From assembly GCA_964016885.1 (NCBI GenBank), contig OZ024740.1, positions 110,360,001 to 110,424,000 on the forward strand: a stretch of 64,000 nt of DNA, read 5' to 3'. The position numbers and the translations under genes were made by a program. Origin of the DNA: Eledone cirrhosa. Taxonomy: Eukaryota. Positions 26,720-50,995 of this stretch are shown one piece after another (the first letter of the stretch is position 1; every line of letters begins with the position of its first letter). The notes beneath the pieces were generated by a model, which was not told where the DNA came from, ran no database searches, and saw only the letters and a program-made list of their open reading frames with translations.

Positions 26720-27920
26720 TATATATATATATATTACCAAAACTTCCCTCTTCAAGAAATGTGACGTTTCTGTTAGTACTCTGATGGTATGGACATTTGC
26801 CTATAATTTGTACGTTGAAGTCTCCTCCAATAATTAGAATGGTATGATGGGGTACTTCAGAGACAGTGGCACTCAGTTGATGACAAAACTGTTCCATTTC
26901 ATCTTCCGGCAGGTGATTGTTGGGTGAATAGCTAACTATAACAACAGTTTGGGGATTTCCCTTGAATACTGCTGTGACAATACTGTCATTGACTTTAGTT
27001 ACCTTTGTATGTAGAGGAAGGTGGTGTGTTTGTACTGTCAACCCAATTTCTCCAATTGCAGCACCGATGTCATTTTTTTATATTGGTGCAGTTAACAGAG
27101 TGTTCTTCCCGATGTTATGATCGATTGTGTCTGAATCGTTTTCATTGTGGATAAATGGATGTTCTTGGACACATAGAATGTACTTGGAGACACCCAGTTG
27201 GGCATCTTTTCCAAATTGATTTTATCATTTACAGACAATGATAGAGAAACAACATTGATGATTGTCAGGCATATACTTCCTCTGTGGTCGTAGGGAGAGA
27301 TCACATCATCAGAGCCAACGTTACACTTAATATTCGATCAAACAGGAAATCCAGTAATAAACAGCTTTAATGGAGGGCGCTAAGGGAAGATGTGAACAGT
27401 GCAAGAATATTTGATGACTCAATTACTGATATGTTTGAATCCTTGCCAGCTGTAGAGAAAAAGCATACTTATTTTGTGTACATCTGTAATGAAGTGGGCG
27501 GGGATATCCTACCAAAACACCCGTCGAGTCACACCTAATGTGGAAAGTGCATCAATGGATACAGTCAGAAGCAACACCCTCACATCTTCAGCTTCAGATG
27601 TGCAGCATCACCAGATAATTCAACCCTGGACTTTTAAACATCTGAAGGATGAAAAAATTAACCAAACCCTGGCTGATTTTGAGAATAGAAACAACAGCAC
27701 ACCCAGAGAGCTTTGGAGACTAATAAAAGAACCTTCTGGAAAGAAGAGGAAGAATTTGGTATATATCCAATGGGAAGACGGCCTTATGACTTGGAAGGAG
27801 TACTTCCACAATTTTCTATCTGTTGACAATCGCTGTGAGCCAGACGCAGCGGTTGACCTAGCATTAAAAGCAATGAAACAAGGCAAAGCTCCCTTATGGC
27901 TCATCCTACAAGGTTGATGG
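26720..27920. pseudogene. Decayed APE-type LINE fragments (endonuclease on minus strand, pre-RT region on plus strand)
   Basis: Minus: IVSYSPNN...IIGGDFNVQI. Plus: WRLIKE..GKK..WKEYFHNFL..ALKAMKQGKAP. Confidence 0.6.
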
Positions 27921-28539
27921 TGTGAGAACATCTACTTACTTTGCGAAATATAGGAATTAATACTATAATATCAAGTGGATAGTCTTTGAAAAACCTAAAG
28001 CCTACTGTGACCTCTCCAGGTGATGTAGGCGTTGTAATACTGAAAATACCCTCATTCAAGACACAGCTCATAGGACCCCCAGTACTATTTTTGTGAATCC
28101 CTAGGGATCAGTGGACCATAGGTTGGGACACACAGTTCATGGGCCCCCAGTAATACTTTTGTGAAGTCCTAGAGATCACTGGACCCCAGATTGGGACTGT
28201 GTGACGAGGAAAGTACTCTGAACTTCTATTGAACCCTATTCCAAACAGAACAACATCATTTAGGTGTAGCTTAGAACCAATGAATGGAAAAGAAAAAGGG
28301 GTAGATTATGAAAGAGAGAGAGCCAGAGAGGGAGAAAGAAGAAGAAGAAGAAGAAGAAGGGAGAGGAAGTAAATGAGTGAACGAAGAGAGATAGAAGAGA
28401 GAGTTAGAATGAGAGAGAAAGAGAAAGGAAAAAAGTGAGAGGAATGAAGAGAGAGGAACAGAGAAAAACAGAGAGAGGAGGAAGGCTGAAAGAGAGAAGC
28501 AGAAGAAAGAGGAAGAAGGAGAGAGAGAGAGAGAGAGAG

Positions 28540-28602
<63 letters not shown>

Positions 28603-29630
28603 GGGGGAATGTAGAGAGAGGAAGGAAACGGAAGATAGAGAAAGAAAATGTGAGAAATGAGAGATATTTAAAGAGATCTTTAAACTAATAAACAAAGTTT
28701 TACTTGATTCTTTTTCTATTTCAGTTTTATTATTTTTAAATTGGTGGTATTGGTTTTGGTTTGGAACGGGGTGGCGATCGGGTGTAATTCGTGGAAGATT
28801 TATGTATTTGGAAAGTTATATAAATGGCGGTAAATGTATATCCATTTAAGCAATGTATTTCGACGGAAATTTCAATAAATATATCAATAAATAAGTAAAT
28901 AGATATAAATTTGAAAGGAAAATTGTGTGAAAATTTGATAGAAGTCGTCAAACCGAAGAATCCTTTATTACATGAGTCATTGACTGGATACAACACAATT
29001 CGTTTAAAACGATGTCTTTTTTATGGCTGCCTTTGTAATAACGTGTGCTTAGCTTGCGGTAAATATACAGAACCTATCATTTCATGTAAAATGTATGGAT
29101 GTGTACGCGTAATATGTGTGTGTATATGTAGGAGTGTGTGTGTGTGTGTGTGTGTGTGATGGATGGAAGAAAAACAAGGGGAGGGAAAGGGGGGAAGTGA
29201 AAGAGGGAGAGAGGAGAGAGGAACAGAGATAGATAAACAGAGAGTTAGATAGATAGAGTTAGAGATAGGCAGATAGACAAATAGAAAGAAAGAGGGAGTG
29301 AGAGAAAGAAAGAGAGAGAGAGAGAGAGAGAAGAGGGAAAATGAGGATGGCGTTTAATGACAAACTTTTGAATTTAGTTGCGTTCGTAAGTGGTTTTCCC
29401 AAGATGATTGCAACTCATCTTCTCTTAGCGTCTCTTGGAGTTTAAGATGTTTCTGTACATCCCCACTCTCTTGTTCTTCTCCTCCCTTCCTCTGTATCTC
29501 ATGTCTCTTCTTTCTTACCAGCTCTCTTTCTCTCTTTCTCCCTTTCTTCATATCTCTCGCTCTCTTTCTGAAACGCTCTTATTGTCGTTACCTTAAAGTG
29601 TTGCACGGCATATAACGTTTATCAACACGA

Positions 29631-35795
<6,165 letters not shown>

Positions 35796-35873
35796 ATATA
35801 TAAATGTGTGTGTGAGTGCGTGTTGTGTGTGCGTGTGAGCGTGGGTATTTATAAGTATGTATATATATCTATA

Positions 35874-39417
<3,544 letters not shown>

Positions 39418-39849
39418 CGTGTGCACGCGCGCGTGTGTCTGTGTGTCCCCTGGGTTCAATAGGGGGTAACCACAGTAAGTAAGGTGCTCAATACATACAG
39501 AGTATATATATATATATATATGATAAAATAGTAAAAAAGAAAAAAAAAACAGTAGAAAATACTAGAGGGATTTTTTTCTCAGAAGAACATCAAAACATTT
39601 AATTACAAAATAGGAATTTCAGCATTTAATTGTACCGGTTTCAGCTTGTACGCTTTTTCAACGACGGGAGTGTATAATGCAATTAAATTGTATATTAATA
39701 AGAATAATAAGAGTATGGGGAAAAAATGTTTTTGTTTTTACAGACATATTTAGGGAGAAAAGTTCACATCTTTGTCTGTAGTTTTCTTTCTTTTTCTCTT
39801 GGTGCTGACCTTAGCCTTACCAACAGTGCATACACACTCATCCCACTCC

Positions 39850-39899
<50 letters not shown>

Positions 39900-40415
39900 T
39901 TATATATATTTACTTAGGCGATATATATTTCATACACATTAAGCGATATATATTTCACGGCACCATTGTAATTCAGTTTATTGCTAATTCTGTTTTATTC
40001 AACCAACAATGTAAATAAACAATAACAATAAAAAAATTGCTAAAACAGTTGAATTTGCAAAGTTATTGACAATACCAAACCATTAAATATATCCTGCGTG
40101 TAGAATTTGTAGAATTAATGTTTAGAAGAAGCAGAAAAAGAACGTGTTCAGGCATGGGGAGAGTTGGACTCTACCGAGGTTCCAAGGCCCTTGTCAAGTT
40201 AGTCACAACAACACCTCTACAACACTATCAGGGGTCATAGATTGATGTGTTTAAAACTTGTTAGGATATTTAGACAATTTTCACAAAACTCTAGATTCTC
40301 GTTTTCTCTCTCAGCCACATTGATCTTGTGTGCAACTGTGTGCTTTTCAACGTCACTTGACCAGAATCACTTCCCTTAAGCATTTACAGTTATTCAACGC
40401 ACGCACACACACACA

Positions 40416-40498
<83 letters not shown>

Positions 40499-40648
40499 AC
40501 GCACACACACACACATACACACAGAAAGACAAGGAATAAACAACGAGAACACGGACAGTTACATCTCCTCAGTCAACCTTTCAGTGCATTAAGGTTGATA
40601 CCTTTCATTCCAGTGTACATTTGGGACATAAACACACACATATATATA

Positions 40649-40766
40649 CAGGGGGCCCAAAAGTCGCAATACATAGGACATTTTTTAGTTTCCATTTTTA
40701 TTTATTTTGAATAAATTGTTTCTTATAAAATATTATTTTTTTTTTATGTATTGCGACTTTTGGGCC

Positions 40767-40772
<6 letters not shown>
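40649..40772. mobile_element. Tc1/mariner-type MITE
   Basis: TIRs CAGGGGGCCCAAAAGTCGCAATACATA / TATGTATTGCGACTTTTGGGCCACCCT with TA flanks. Confidence 0.8.
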
Positions 40773-40845
<73 letters not shown>

Positions 40846-40846
<1 letters not shown>

Positions 40847-42980
40847 TAACAGGTAAACATAAATAACACAATCGATACTGTATAAGGAAGGAACATATTA
40901 GGTTAACACTTGAAATAGAAAGAAGCTAGCCCTTCATCAGAAGAAAGAATGAGAAATAAGATATATTGAAAGGACGGGTGGGTTGGAATTGGAAAAAAAT
41001 GTCTTTAGATGAAAATAATAGGTCCATTCATGTTGACATCTCTTGGAAAACTGTTGGTGCTGGCGTTTTGTTTATGATTTATTTTTTTTAGAAAAGTGGA
41101 TGATGGAGCGCATCTACCTGAAATGGGGAAAAAACCGTTTTGTAAAAAGAGCTATACTTGTGTACGCGCGTGTGTATTATTATACGTCCGTACGAAGCTA
41201 AGAAGAAATGTGTGTGTATATGTAAGTAAAAGAGTGTGTGTGCTTGTACGTACGAAGCTATGATCGAAAGTATGTTAATATAGGGGTGTGTATGTGTGTA
41301 TACAGAGCTGTGAAGGGAAAAGTGGACTGTGCATATTTTGTCGGTCTGTATTAGTTGTAAGAGAATATATTTATGTTCATGAGAGAGCGATAGGAATCTA
41401 GGAGTGAATGTATAAGCGCGTGTGATAATGGACAGGGTATTAAAGAAATTGGGGAGGTAAGTTGAGTCCAAGAAGGGAATAGGACCTAAAGCAGTGAATC
41501 AGACTATGTTCAGTCCTGGTGCGCGAGGCCTGTGATTCATGATGTAAAAGGACACCCAGGACTGAGATATGTAGGGAAGAATGACCAGGAGAACAGAAAT
41601 GACGGGCGGCAGGAGTATCCAAACCGCATACCAGGAGGACGCGGAGGTTGCGGGCGCGCTTAAATGCAGTAATAGGTGGGTTTGGAAAAAGCGAGAAGTG
41701 ATGGGGTCAGAAGAGAGGATGCGGAAGGAACGGATGATATGACGCCGGAGTGGTAGGGTGATGGGGTGGTAGGTGAGAAGGGAAGTGACGCGGGTGTTAG
41801 GAGGGCACTGGTGAGGTGAGAGGGCTGTGGCACGGTCGGTTTCACGGGCTCAGGTGAGAGCAGCTTGGATCAGAGTGGGGGATATCCCCGCTGGATGAAG
41901 CGGGAAGCCATGTAAAGGGAATCGGTTTCGAAATCGTCGTCCTGGCTACAGAGCCGACGATGACGGAGGAATTGCAAATAGGGTATGTAGTGATTGGTGT
42001 GGGTTGGAAGGGAGGAGGTCAAGTCGAGGTAAGTCTGTTGGTTTATAGAAGCAGGAAGTAGAGAGGGTGTGGTGAGAGGGATTGATAGATAGAGAGATAT
42101 CTAGAAAAGGGACAGAAGAATCGGAGACGGAGGCGGTGAAAGTGAGAGCAGGATGGAAAGATTGGACAAAATATAGAAAGCAGTCGAACTGTTCTCGTGA
42201 TAGAGAGGTGGCGCCGATACAGTCATCGATATAACGACCGTATAGCTCAGGAAGAAGATCTGGGCTTCGACGTAGCCAACAAACAAGTTGGCATAGTTTG
42301 GTCCCATTCTGGTTCCCATCGCTACCCCCAGAGACCTGCTGATAGAATTCACCCGAAAAGGAAAAGCCATTGAGGGTGAGAACAAGCTCAGCCAGACGGA
42401 GAAGAGTGATAGTGCTGGGGTAAGGGGTAGGGCATAAATCTATATAATGATGGAGAACGCAGAGGCCGTCAACATGAGGGATGACGGTATAGAGAGAGGT
42501 GATGTCCAGGGTAAAGAGAAGGCGAGATGGGCCAGGAAAGAAGGAGAAGGAGTTAAAGAGTCTAAGGGCATGATTGGTATCGTGGATGTGGGAGGGGAGG
42601 TTGACGACCAGCGGGGCGAGAATGGTGTCTAAATATTCAGAAATTATCTCGGTAGGACGGTTGCACGCAGAAACGATCGGACAGCCGGGATTATTTTATT
42701 TGTGTCTTTTGGGGAGGAAGTAGATGGTGGGTGTGCGAGGGATGCGTGCAATAAGGTTGGTGGCTGTGTGGCGGGGGTAGGAAAGAGGAGGAGATGAGCT
42801 GGTGGATGGTGGAGGACACGAGTTGCTGGTAGCCAGAAGTGGGGTCGTAGGATAAAGGGCAGTAAAAAAGGGCATCGTGAAGTTGGCGGATAGGCTCGGC
42901 CCTATAGAGGTCAACGCTCCAAATCACCACAGTGCCACCTTTGTCAGCGGATTTAATGGCAATGTCATCGCGACGATATC
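40846..42980 (-). mobile_element. Decayed Penelope-like element (RT plus deleted GIY-YIG plus pLTR)
   Basis: KSADKGGTVVIW, IYFLPKRHK, DITSLYTVIP, GVAMGTRMGPNYANLF, RYIDD, FLDI, YKPTD and a ...LGLN end; CTGATGA at 40940-40934; abuts (TA)n. Confidence 0.85.
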
Positions 42981-43353
42981 CTGCTAACTACACAACCGTT
43001 GCCTATCTTCCCACTCCTCTTTTCCCTTTCTCTCTTCCCAGTTTTGCTATTTATACTTTCATCAAAATACATTCTAAACCAATCCCACTGGCCAGCTTTA
43101 CCATTCTTTACAACTCTTTACAAATCATCATTTCTGTGATATTGAAATTTACTGTTCTCCATCTACACACTCCCGTCTCCCACCCACCTTAACCTAATAA
43201 CATGTATATAAAACGAACACGGGACATACATCAACAGTTTGGATGAAACTATTCATGTAAGCACTTATATCTGAATAAGTGTCGATTAAGAGTCGGATCC
43301 AATCGCCTGATAAAACTCAAGCTGATTGATATAGAAACAATTTTAATATGAAA

Positions 43354-43799
43354 CTAGCAGAATGGCCCGGCGTTGCTCGGGATTCTAAACATAGATTGGC
43401 ATGTTTATCCCTCCTTTCTGAAACAGTTTCGTCGTATGTTCACCAATTGATGCAGAAGTCCTAATAAAAAGTGAAATCGCCTTGGGTGAATAGGCAAATA
43501 ATTTTCCATTAAGATTTTTCAAAAGCATGTAACTTCGTTCCCCCTCTTTTTTGTTGTTGTTTTTGCTGCTGTCGGGCCTCGTGAAATAAATACGTTTGTT
43601 TATATTTTATTATTGTGTATGCAAAAATATCTGTACACGTATATATAATTATATATATATTAAAATAAAAAATTAAAGTTTAAGCAAAGAATCGCTGCTT
43701 TCACCCTTAACGGGATCTTCTGAAACTAAAAAAATCAATTTGTGAACGCAGAAGTAAATATTTCGAAAAACGTTACACACTATATGTATATATATATAT

Positions 43800-43880
<81 letters not shown>

Positions 43881-44179
43881 GCGTCATAATGTCGTAATGC
43901 AGACTTCCAGACATACAGACAGAAATTATAAGGGCGCAACGTTATATCTACGTATCTATCTAAAAAGAAAGACTAAAAATGATAGAGAGAGATCAGTAAA
44001 TCGCCTAATGCGGTCCCTAGGATATTGAAAATTTGAAATTTCTTAAAACACACACAGGACCATAAGTATTACATGTATGAAGTTTGAAAATAATCGGTTG
44101 GGTGGTTCTCGAGTTTTAGTGAGCTGACAGAAAGACAGAAAGACAGACAGACAGACATTCTCTGTTTTAGATATATAGA
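43354..44179 (-). mobile_element. Non-autonomous Helitron
   Basis: Minus strand begins A|TCTATATATC.. with (CTGT)n and ends hairpin CCCGAGCAACGCCGGG + CATTCTG-CTAG|T. Confidence 0.85.
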
Positions 44180-44223
44180 TAAAGTTTCACAAAAAGCTGC
44201 AATTCTTATTCTCTCTCTCTCTG

Positions 44224-44805
<582 letters not shown>

Positions 44806-45345
44806 TATATGTGTGTGTGTGTATATATATATATATAAATATATATATATGTGTCTATATATATATATCATGAAAAAAATTTTAAGAGCCAAGCCGGTCA
44901 AATACAAAAGTACAAAAAACTATTGTTTTTTGATGTTAAAAAATTGTCTTTTCGTTGTGTGCTATACACGTAACGTATATATATTAGGGCATTTTCAAAT
45001 TCAAATTTTTATCATTTTTTCACACACACACATACACACACACAATCACACATATATATAAGTGTGTGTGTGTGTGTGTGCGTGTAACAAATTCACAAAT
45101 TCAGATGATAGAATAGATTACTTAAACAATTTAATACCTTACAAACGTTTCAATACAGATAATTTAGCAAATACTAATGCGATAGAAATATAGTAAAAAA
45201 TTGGGTGACATCTGTTAGACACGCCGTGACTAACAACAGAATGTTTTAAGTTTGCGTGTCTGACATATATGCGTTGCTTGTGAATAAAAAAATTCAAGGG
45301 GTGTCGCTGGCCGTGGTGATCGCTGCCAAACATGTTTTGTAATGT

Positions 45346-45449
45346 ATCGTCTTATTGGCTAATTTCATCGTCTTATTGGCTAATTTCATCGTCTTATTGG
45401 CTAATCAACCAACGAGAGTAATTGTTGCTCAAAAGCATCCGCCATTTTG
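45346..45449 (+). promoter_or_regulatory. Possible promoter: three 21-bp repeats with ATTGG (CCAAT box) and a YY1-like CCGCCATTTTG
   Basis: Motif match only; locally CpG-richer. Confidence 0.35.
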
Positions 45450-45968
45450 TTTGCACGTTTAGTTATCGTTTCGCTTTCGAATCTTCCTCCTGCATTTCGT
45501 CGTTTTATTATCAAAATATTTTTCTCGTTTTGGCAAGTTATATTGTTAATTTATATATGATTTTTTAAATTTATATTAACTATTTTTTTTCAGTTCGTTA
45601 TAACATGCTTATAATATTGGTTGTATCATATTAACTTGTATATTTGTCCATATTATTGTTCGTTTCATGTTAGATTATTTTATTATGTTAGATTATTTTT
45701 TTATTATTATGTTAGACTATTTGTATGTAATATTTAATTTTTATTAATTCAACTATAACAATTATTATGTAAAATATATTTATTTAATATTAATTGTTTT
45801 TTGTAGTTGTTTATATTAAAAGTCTGAAAATATTTTTATACATCTTACAATCATATTTATAAGATCATTTATAAAATAACAATCATATAATCTAATTACA
45901 TTACAACAATAATTTATTATTAATATACATCATGTTTAACTTGAGTTATTACAAGCGTTGCCTTAAAA

Positions 45969-46430
45969 AATATTAAACTAGACCTGAAAAATGCGCATGC
46001 TCAAAAGAGCCACAGAATGTTATAATAAACCTTCAAAAGTGTGGGACTAGAGTTGTTGCTCAAACATATTGTAATCATTATCTATCTTACACTCTGTGGC
46101 ATCCTTTTATAAAAAAGAGATTCATATCGAACTCAAGACGACACGATAATTATTTAAGTGAATTTATAATATAGAATTCGGTTTAAGTGCATTTCGTATT
46201 AATCATTACTAAACATCTAATATGAGATATTTAACATTAGCTTAAATAATTATCGTGTCGTCTTGAGTTCGTTATGAGTCTCTTTTTTATAAAAGGATGC
46301 CACAGAGTGTACGATAGATAATGATTACAATATTTTTGAGCAACAACTCTAGTCCCACACTTTTGAAGGTTTATTATAACATTCTGTGGCTCTTTTGAGC
46401 TTGCGCGTTTTTCAGGTCTAGTTTAATATT
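45969..46430. mobile_element. Long-TIR MITE / foldback DNA transposon (190-bp arms, 82-bp spacer)
   Basis: Arms 45969-46158 and 46241-46430 with few mismatches; ends TTAA-ACTAGACC...GGTCTAGT-TTAA. Confidence 0.8.
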
Positions 46431-46530
46431 GTAAATCCTTAAGGTAATCAAAATAATAAACAACAATGTAGATGGTTTATATAACTTTGTGTGTATTTGT
46501 ATCAGCATATACGCATGTTTTTGTCTTTAC

Positions 46531-46623
<93 letters not shown>

Positions 46624-46627
<4 letters not shown>

Positions 46628-46783
46628 GAGGGAGTTGTGGTAACGCACCAGAGTACTCAAGACTTAGGTAATAGGAAAATGTATGACTCCGACGGCAGAG
46701 CTCAAGCCGTTTCGACGGCTATTTCTGGACTCAGAAATAGCCGTCGAAACGGCTTGAGCTCTGCCGTCGGGGTCATACATTTT

Positions 46784-46788
<5 letters not shown>
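46624..46788. repeat. Hairpin-plus-tail family, copy 1
   Basis: 57-bp arms 46671-46727 and 46732-46788 plus tail; homologous to 59967-60124 and 61964-62156. Confidence 0.88.
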
Positions 46789-46837
<49 letters not shown>

Positions 46838-46841
<4 letters not shown>

Positions 46842-47653
46842 TATTTAGCGAGAATCGCATTTCGGCGGGTAGAAATTAGCGAAACGCAACTTCCATATTG
46901 TGCAGACAAGTGCTCCATGGATATGAAGAAGATACCAGAGCTATAAACATAAGTTAAAATTGTCATACACGCTGAGACGATGGTTAAGAAGCCAATAACC
47001 ACCATAGCCAAAAAAGCGAACAAGCTAAACGGGTCAAACAAAATGAGATATGATTGAAATATTTACCCGGACCCTCGGGGAAGATGGAATACTCCGAAAT
47101 TGGGTTTCTGCAACACCTAAATCAATAATTCTGTCTGCTTATAAAAAATAAGCTTTTGGTATAATGATCGAACAAGGCATCGCTTTCTCAACGGGTTTTT
47201 GTTCTTCTTTCGCCAGAATCTCGCAGGTTATGAAAGCACATGTGAGAATCCAAGAGGAGAAAACCCCTATTTTGGCCAGTGAATTCAGCATGTGTAGTTA
47301 TTGCAAAAATTTGCAAAAACCGCACAAAACGAATTAAGCTCTCCACCGAGTTGTTTTTAAAATAAACTTAAGCGATTAATCAGTCAATAGAATTAACTAA
47401 AAAGCCAAAAAATATTAACTGGTTAATCACTTGACTTGGGAGATTAATACAAATATATTTAGAAGAATCGCATTTCGGCGAAACGCAACTTCCATATTGT
47501 GCAGACAAGCACTCCATGGACATGAAGAAGATACCAGAGCTATAAACATAAGTTAAAATGGTCATACACGCTGAGACGATGGTTAAGAAGCCAATAACCA
47601 CCATAGCCAAAAAAGCGAACAAGCTAAACGGGTCAAACAAAATGAGATATGAT
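46838..47653 (-). repeat. Terminally redundant ~610-bp element (~200-bp direct repeats) in (TA)n
   Basis: 46838-47053 repeated at 47452-47653; interior similar by eye to 60188-60831. Confidence 0.75.
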
Positions 47654-47718
47654 ATATATATATATATATATATATATACTCGTATATACATATATATATA
47701 TATATGTATGCATATATA

Positions 47719-48270
47719 CCGTATATACTCGCGTATAGGTCGCCCCGGCAGATAGGTCGCATACCCACTTTTCATTTAACAAATAGGCTATTTGCCATTG
47801 ACTCGCAGATAGGTCGCACTGAAATTTGGGCCGTCAAACTATTATTTTTTATGATAATTGAAACTAATAATCTGTTAGCTTTCCATTACTTCACCGTTGC
47901 GATATATACTCCAAACCATGTTTTATTTATAAAATAAACATTAACATCATCGAAATGTCGTCAATTCGAGATTACTGCGAGATAAAGCCTTTAAACGCAA
48001 AAATTAACTCTTAATATAGTGAAACAACTTGAAATAACACGTGTTTTTTAACGTTGAAAGTATAACAGATTTTTAGCGTATCAACATGGCTTCCCAAAGT
48101 AGCGAATACCGACTTTGAAGGTTTTACATGCGATGACATTCGAAATGAAAAAGAAACACAAGATAATAGTGATTTATCTTCACATGAATCAGACGTATTT
48201 ATTTCTGACGGTGATAGTTTCTTTGAAAGTGAAAGCGAAGATCTGACGGACACCATTGAAAATATTACAG
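47719..48270 (+). mobile_element. pogo/Tc1-mariner non-autonomous fragment
   Basis: TA|CCGTATATACTCG terminus, repeated TAGGTCGC sub-terminal motifs, acidic ...TDFEGF remnant; no right TIR seen. Confidence 0.55.
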
Positions 48271-49077
48271 CAACGTGGTTGAAAGATACAACACCAATAC
48301 ATGTTCACATCTGTTAATGAACTTATATATATATATGTATGTGTGTTTATGTATGTATATATATATATGTGTGTATGTGTGTGTGTGTGTGTGTATATGT
48401 ATATATTTATGAATGCATCTCTATTAGGGTATATTTGGATATATGTATATACTAGCACGTGTATGTGCGTATTTATTAACACACACACACAAATATATAT
48501 AAAACGCACATGTGTGTGTGTATACATATATGCATGGATTTGTGCATGTGTATATGTCTATCTGTCTATATTTACATATAGATCTATATATGTATGTATA
48601 TGTAAATATTTGTATATATGTATGTGTATATGTGTATACAAATATGATTGTATGTGTAACTATATCGCTCATTACTGCGGTTTATAAAATATCAAATTGC
48701 TTTGAAATTCTAATATAGTTTTAACCGTGGTTTTCTCACTTTATATGCTAAAATTATTGATATTCATAATAACTTGTGTGTAATATTGAAAAAATATGTT
48801 TTGAAGAATCAGTAAAAATATTTTAAATTTTTACTTTATTTTAGGTTTTTACCATATAGTAATTTTAATTTTTAAAACTTTATTGCAATAATCTATCGAA
48901 ACCAATTCTCTGCTGTACTCAAATAGTAAATATTCTATTGTCTGCGTGTATGTATGCATAGATCGGTAACTCCTGAGGATGTCGTAGTAACACTGTATGG
49001 CGTTTCTAGGGCATTTTGAAACCCGGTGAAGCCCATTACCTCTCTATGTCTGAATACAGCAGATTTCTTCCAGAGAG

Positions 49078-49147
<70 letters not shown>

Positions 49148-49151
<4 letters not shown>

Positions 49152-49600
49152 TCGGTCCCAGTACTAGACTGGTACTTTTTTATCGACCTCGAATGGATGA
49201 AAGCCAAAGTTGATTTCGGTGGGATTTAAACTGAGAGAGCAGAGAGCCGAAACGAATACCACAAAGCATTCTATCTGACGTGTTAAAGATCTGCCAATTC
49301 GTTGCCTTATTCTATTGTTTATATTATTTCAAAATGACCATTTTTGTTTTTTTTAATTTCATTAAAGATGTAACCCTTTTTACTGAAACACACTCGTTTC
49401 CCTTCGAGCTTGCTTTTGGATTGGCAGTATCGGTAGAAGGTCGGACGCAATGCTTTGCAGCCTAGAGTTAGGCCCCTCTATAGTCTGAGTTCAAATCCCG
49501 CCGAGGTTCACTTTGCCTTTCATCCTTACGGGTTCGATAAAATAAAGTACCAGTAATGTACTGGAATAATTGCTGGCCTTGTGCCAAAAGTAGAAACAAT
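49148..49600. mobile_element. Two tRNA-derived SINEs (49148-49310 minus; 49405-49600 plus)
   Basis: GAGTTCAAATCCC B-box plus the shared core. Confidence 0.7.
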
Positions 49601-49883
49601 TATTTTTATTACCTCTGCTGATGTATGGTATTTAAAGTTACTTGGCAATATTCAATATATTTTCGCCCAGTTTTTTTAAACTATATTCTTGTAGCATTAG
49701 TATTAGTATTAGTTAAATTATTTGTATTGAAACATTTGTAAGATATTAAATGATTTAAGAAATATATGCTATCATCTGAATATTTTGTATATGTTCTCTG
49801 TCACTCTTTTCATCTTTTCTTAAGATTAAACACATCGACAACTGGCAATTTCGATTCTTATTTGTTAACTATATATATATATA

Positions 49884-49939
<56 letters not shown>

Positions 49940-50779
49940 TGTGAATGTGTGTGTGTGCATCTGTCTATGTGTGCTTACGTGTGCATGAGTATGCCTGTAT
50001 GTAAGTATGTATTTGTGTGTGTGTCGGCTGGTGGCTTTGTGCGTATTTATGTGTTTATTTTGACATCAAGAATATATACATAAACCAAAAAGAAAACAAG
50101 CAAAGTACAAAAAAAATACACACACACGCACACAATTACACACGCACACACACTCAGACAAATACTCCCAAACACATTCACACACACACACAAATATTCA
50201 CCACCATACACACTCCCCCACTCACAAACACACATACATACAACAACAACAGAAAATTAAATTCCCAGTCATGACAATAGCATTTTTCGCCTTGTATGGT
50301 TTCGTTTCATTTCATTTTCTGATAACCATTTTATGCTTCTTAAGCATATCAAGTCAGAGGCCATCGTTTCCGGAAACCTCTCACTCACGTCCATACGACG
50401 TCATCCTCATCAAGTAAAAAAAGCCTGGCACAACGAAACGAAACCCTGTGTTTCGCTGTCAGGGAATGACAACGTGGAGACGAGAAAAGGAGACGCGGAG
50501 ACGCGGGTTATAAAAGATGGTAGGCACTAAGAATCCTCCAAAAACAGCAAACCCAAATGTTTTTCGTGAGTGAGGTTGCTGGCGGCGTTATGTCATTAGA
50601 AAGGGGAATGCCAGGGAAGGATTTTATAGGGTTTCTTCTCTATGTCAGTGAGTGTGTGTATGTGCACGTGTGTATGTGCATGTGCATATATATATATGTG
50701 TGTGTTTGTGTGCGTGTGTGTGCATGTGTGTGTATATATATGTATATATATGTTTATATATATATATGTGTATATATAC

Positions 50780-50995
50780 GCGGAGAATTAGTAAAATTGC
50801 GAAAACAATGGAGAGAATGCCTTGCGGTATTCATTCCAGCTCTCTACCCAAAAGGTTCAAAACCTTCGGAGGCCAAATTTATCTGTCATCCTTTCCAGGT
50901 CGATAAATAAAGTGACAGTGTTATTTTTTCCCGCCCAAGCGCCTTGATTTCAAATCCTGCCAAGAGCAGCTTTGCCGGTCGATAAATAAAGTATA
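50780..50995 (+). mobile_element. SINE fragments
   Basis: 'ggttcaaaaccttcggaggccaaatttatctgtcatcctttccaggtcgataaataaag' core. Confidence 0.55.

Noticed and set aside
48968-49035. CTGAGGA...GAAACCCGG, HHR-like
   Set aside because: Helix II is out of register and there is no NUH site or helix I
50390-50520. CRE-like GACGTCA and TATAAAAG
   Set aside because: Short motifs with no supporting downstream exon
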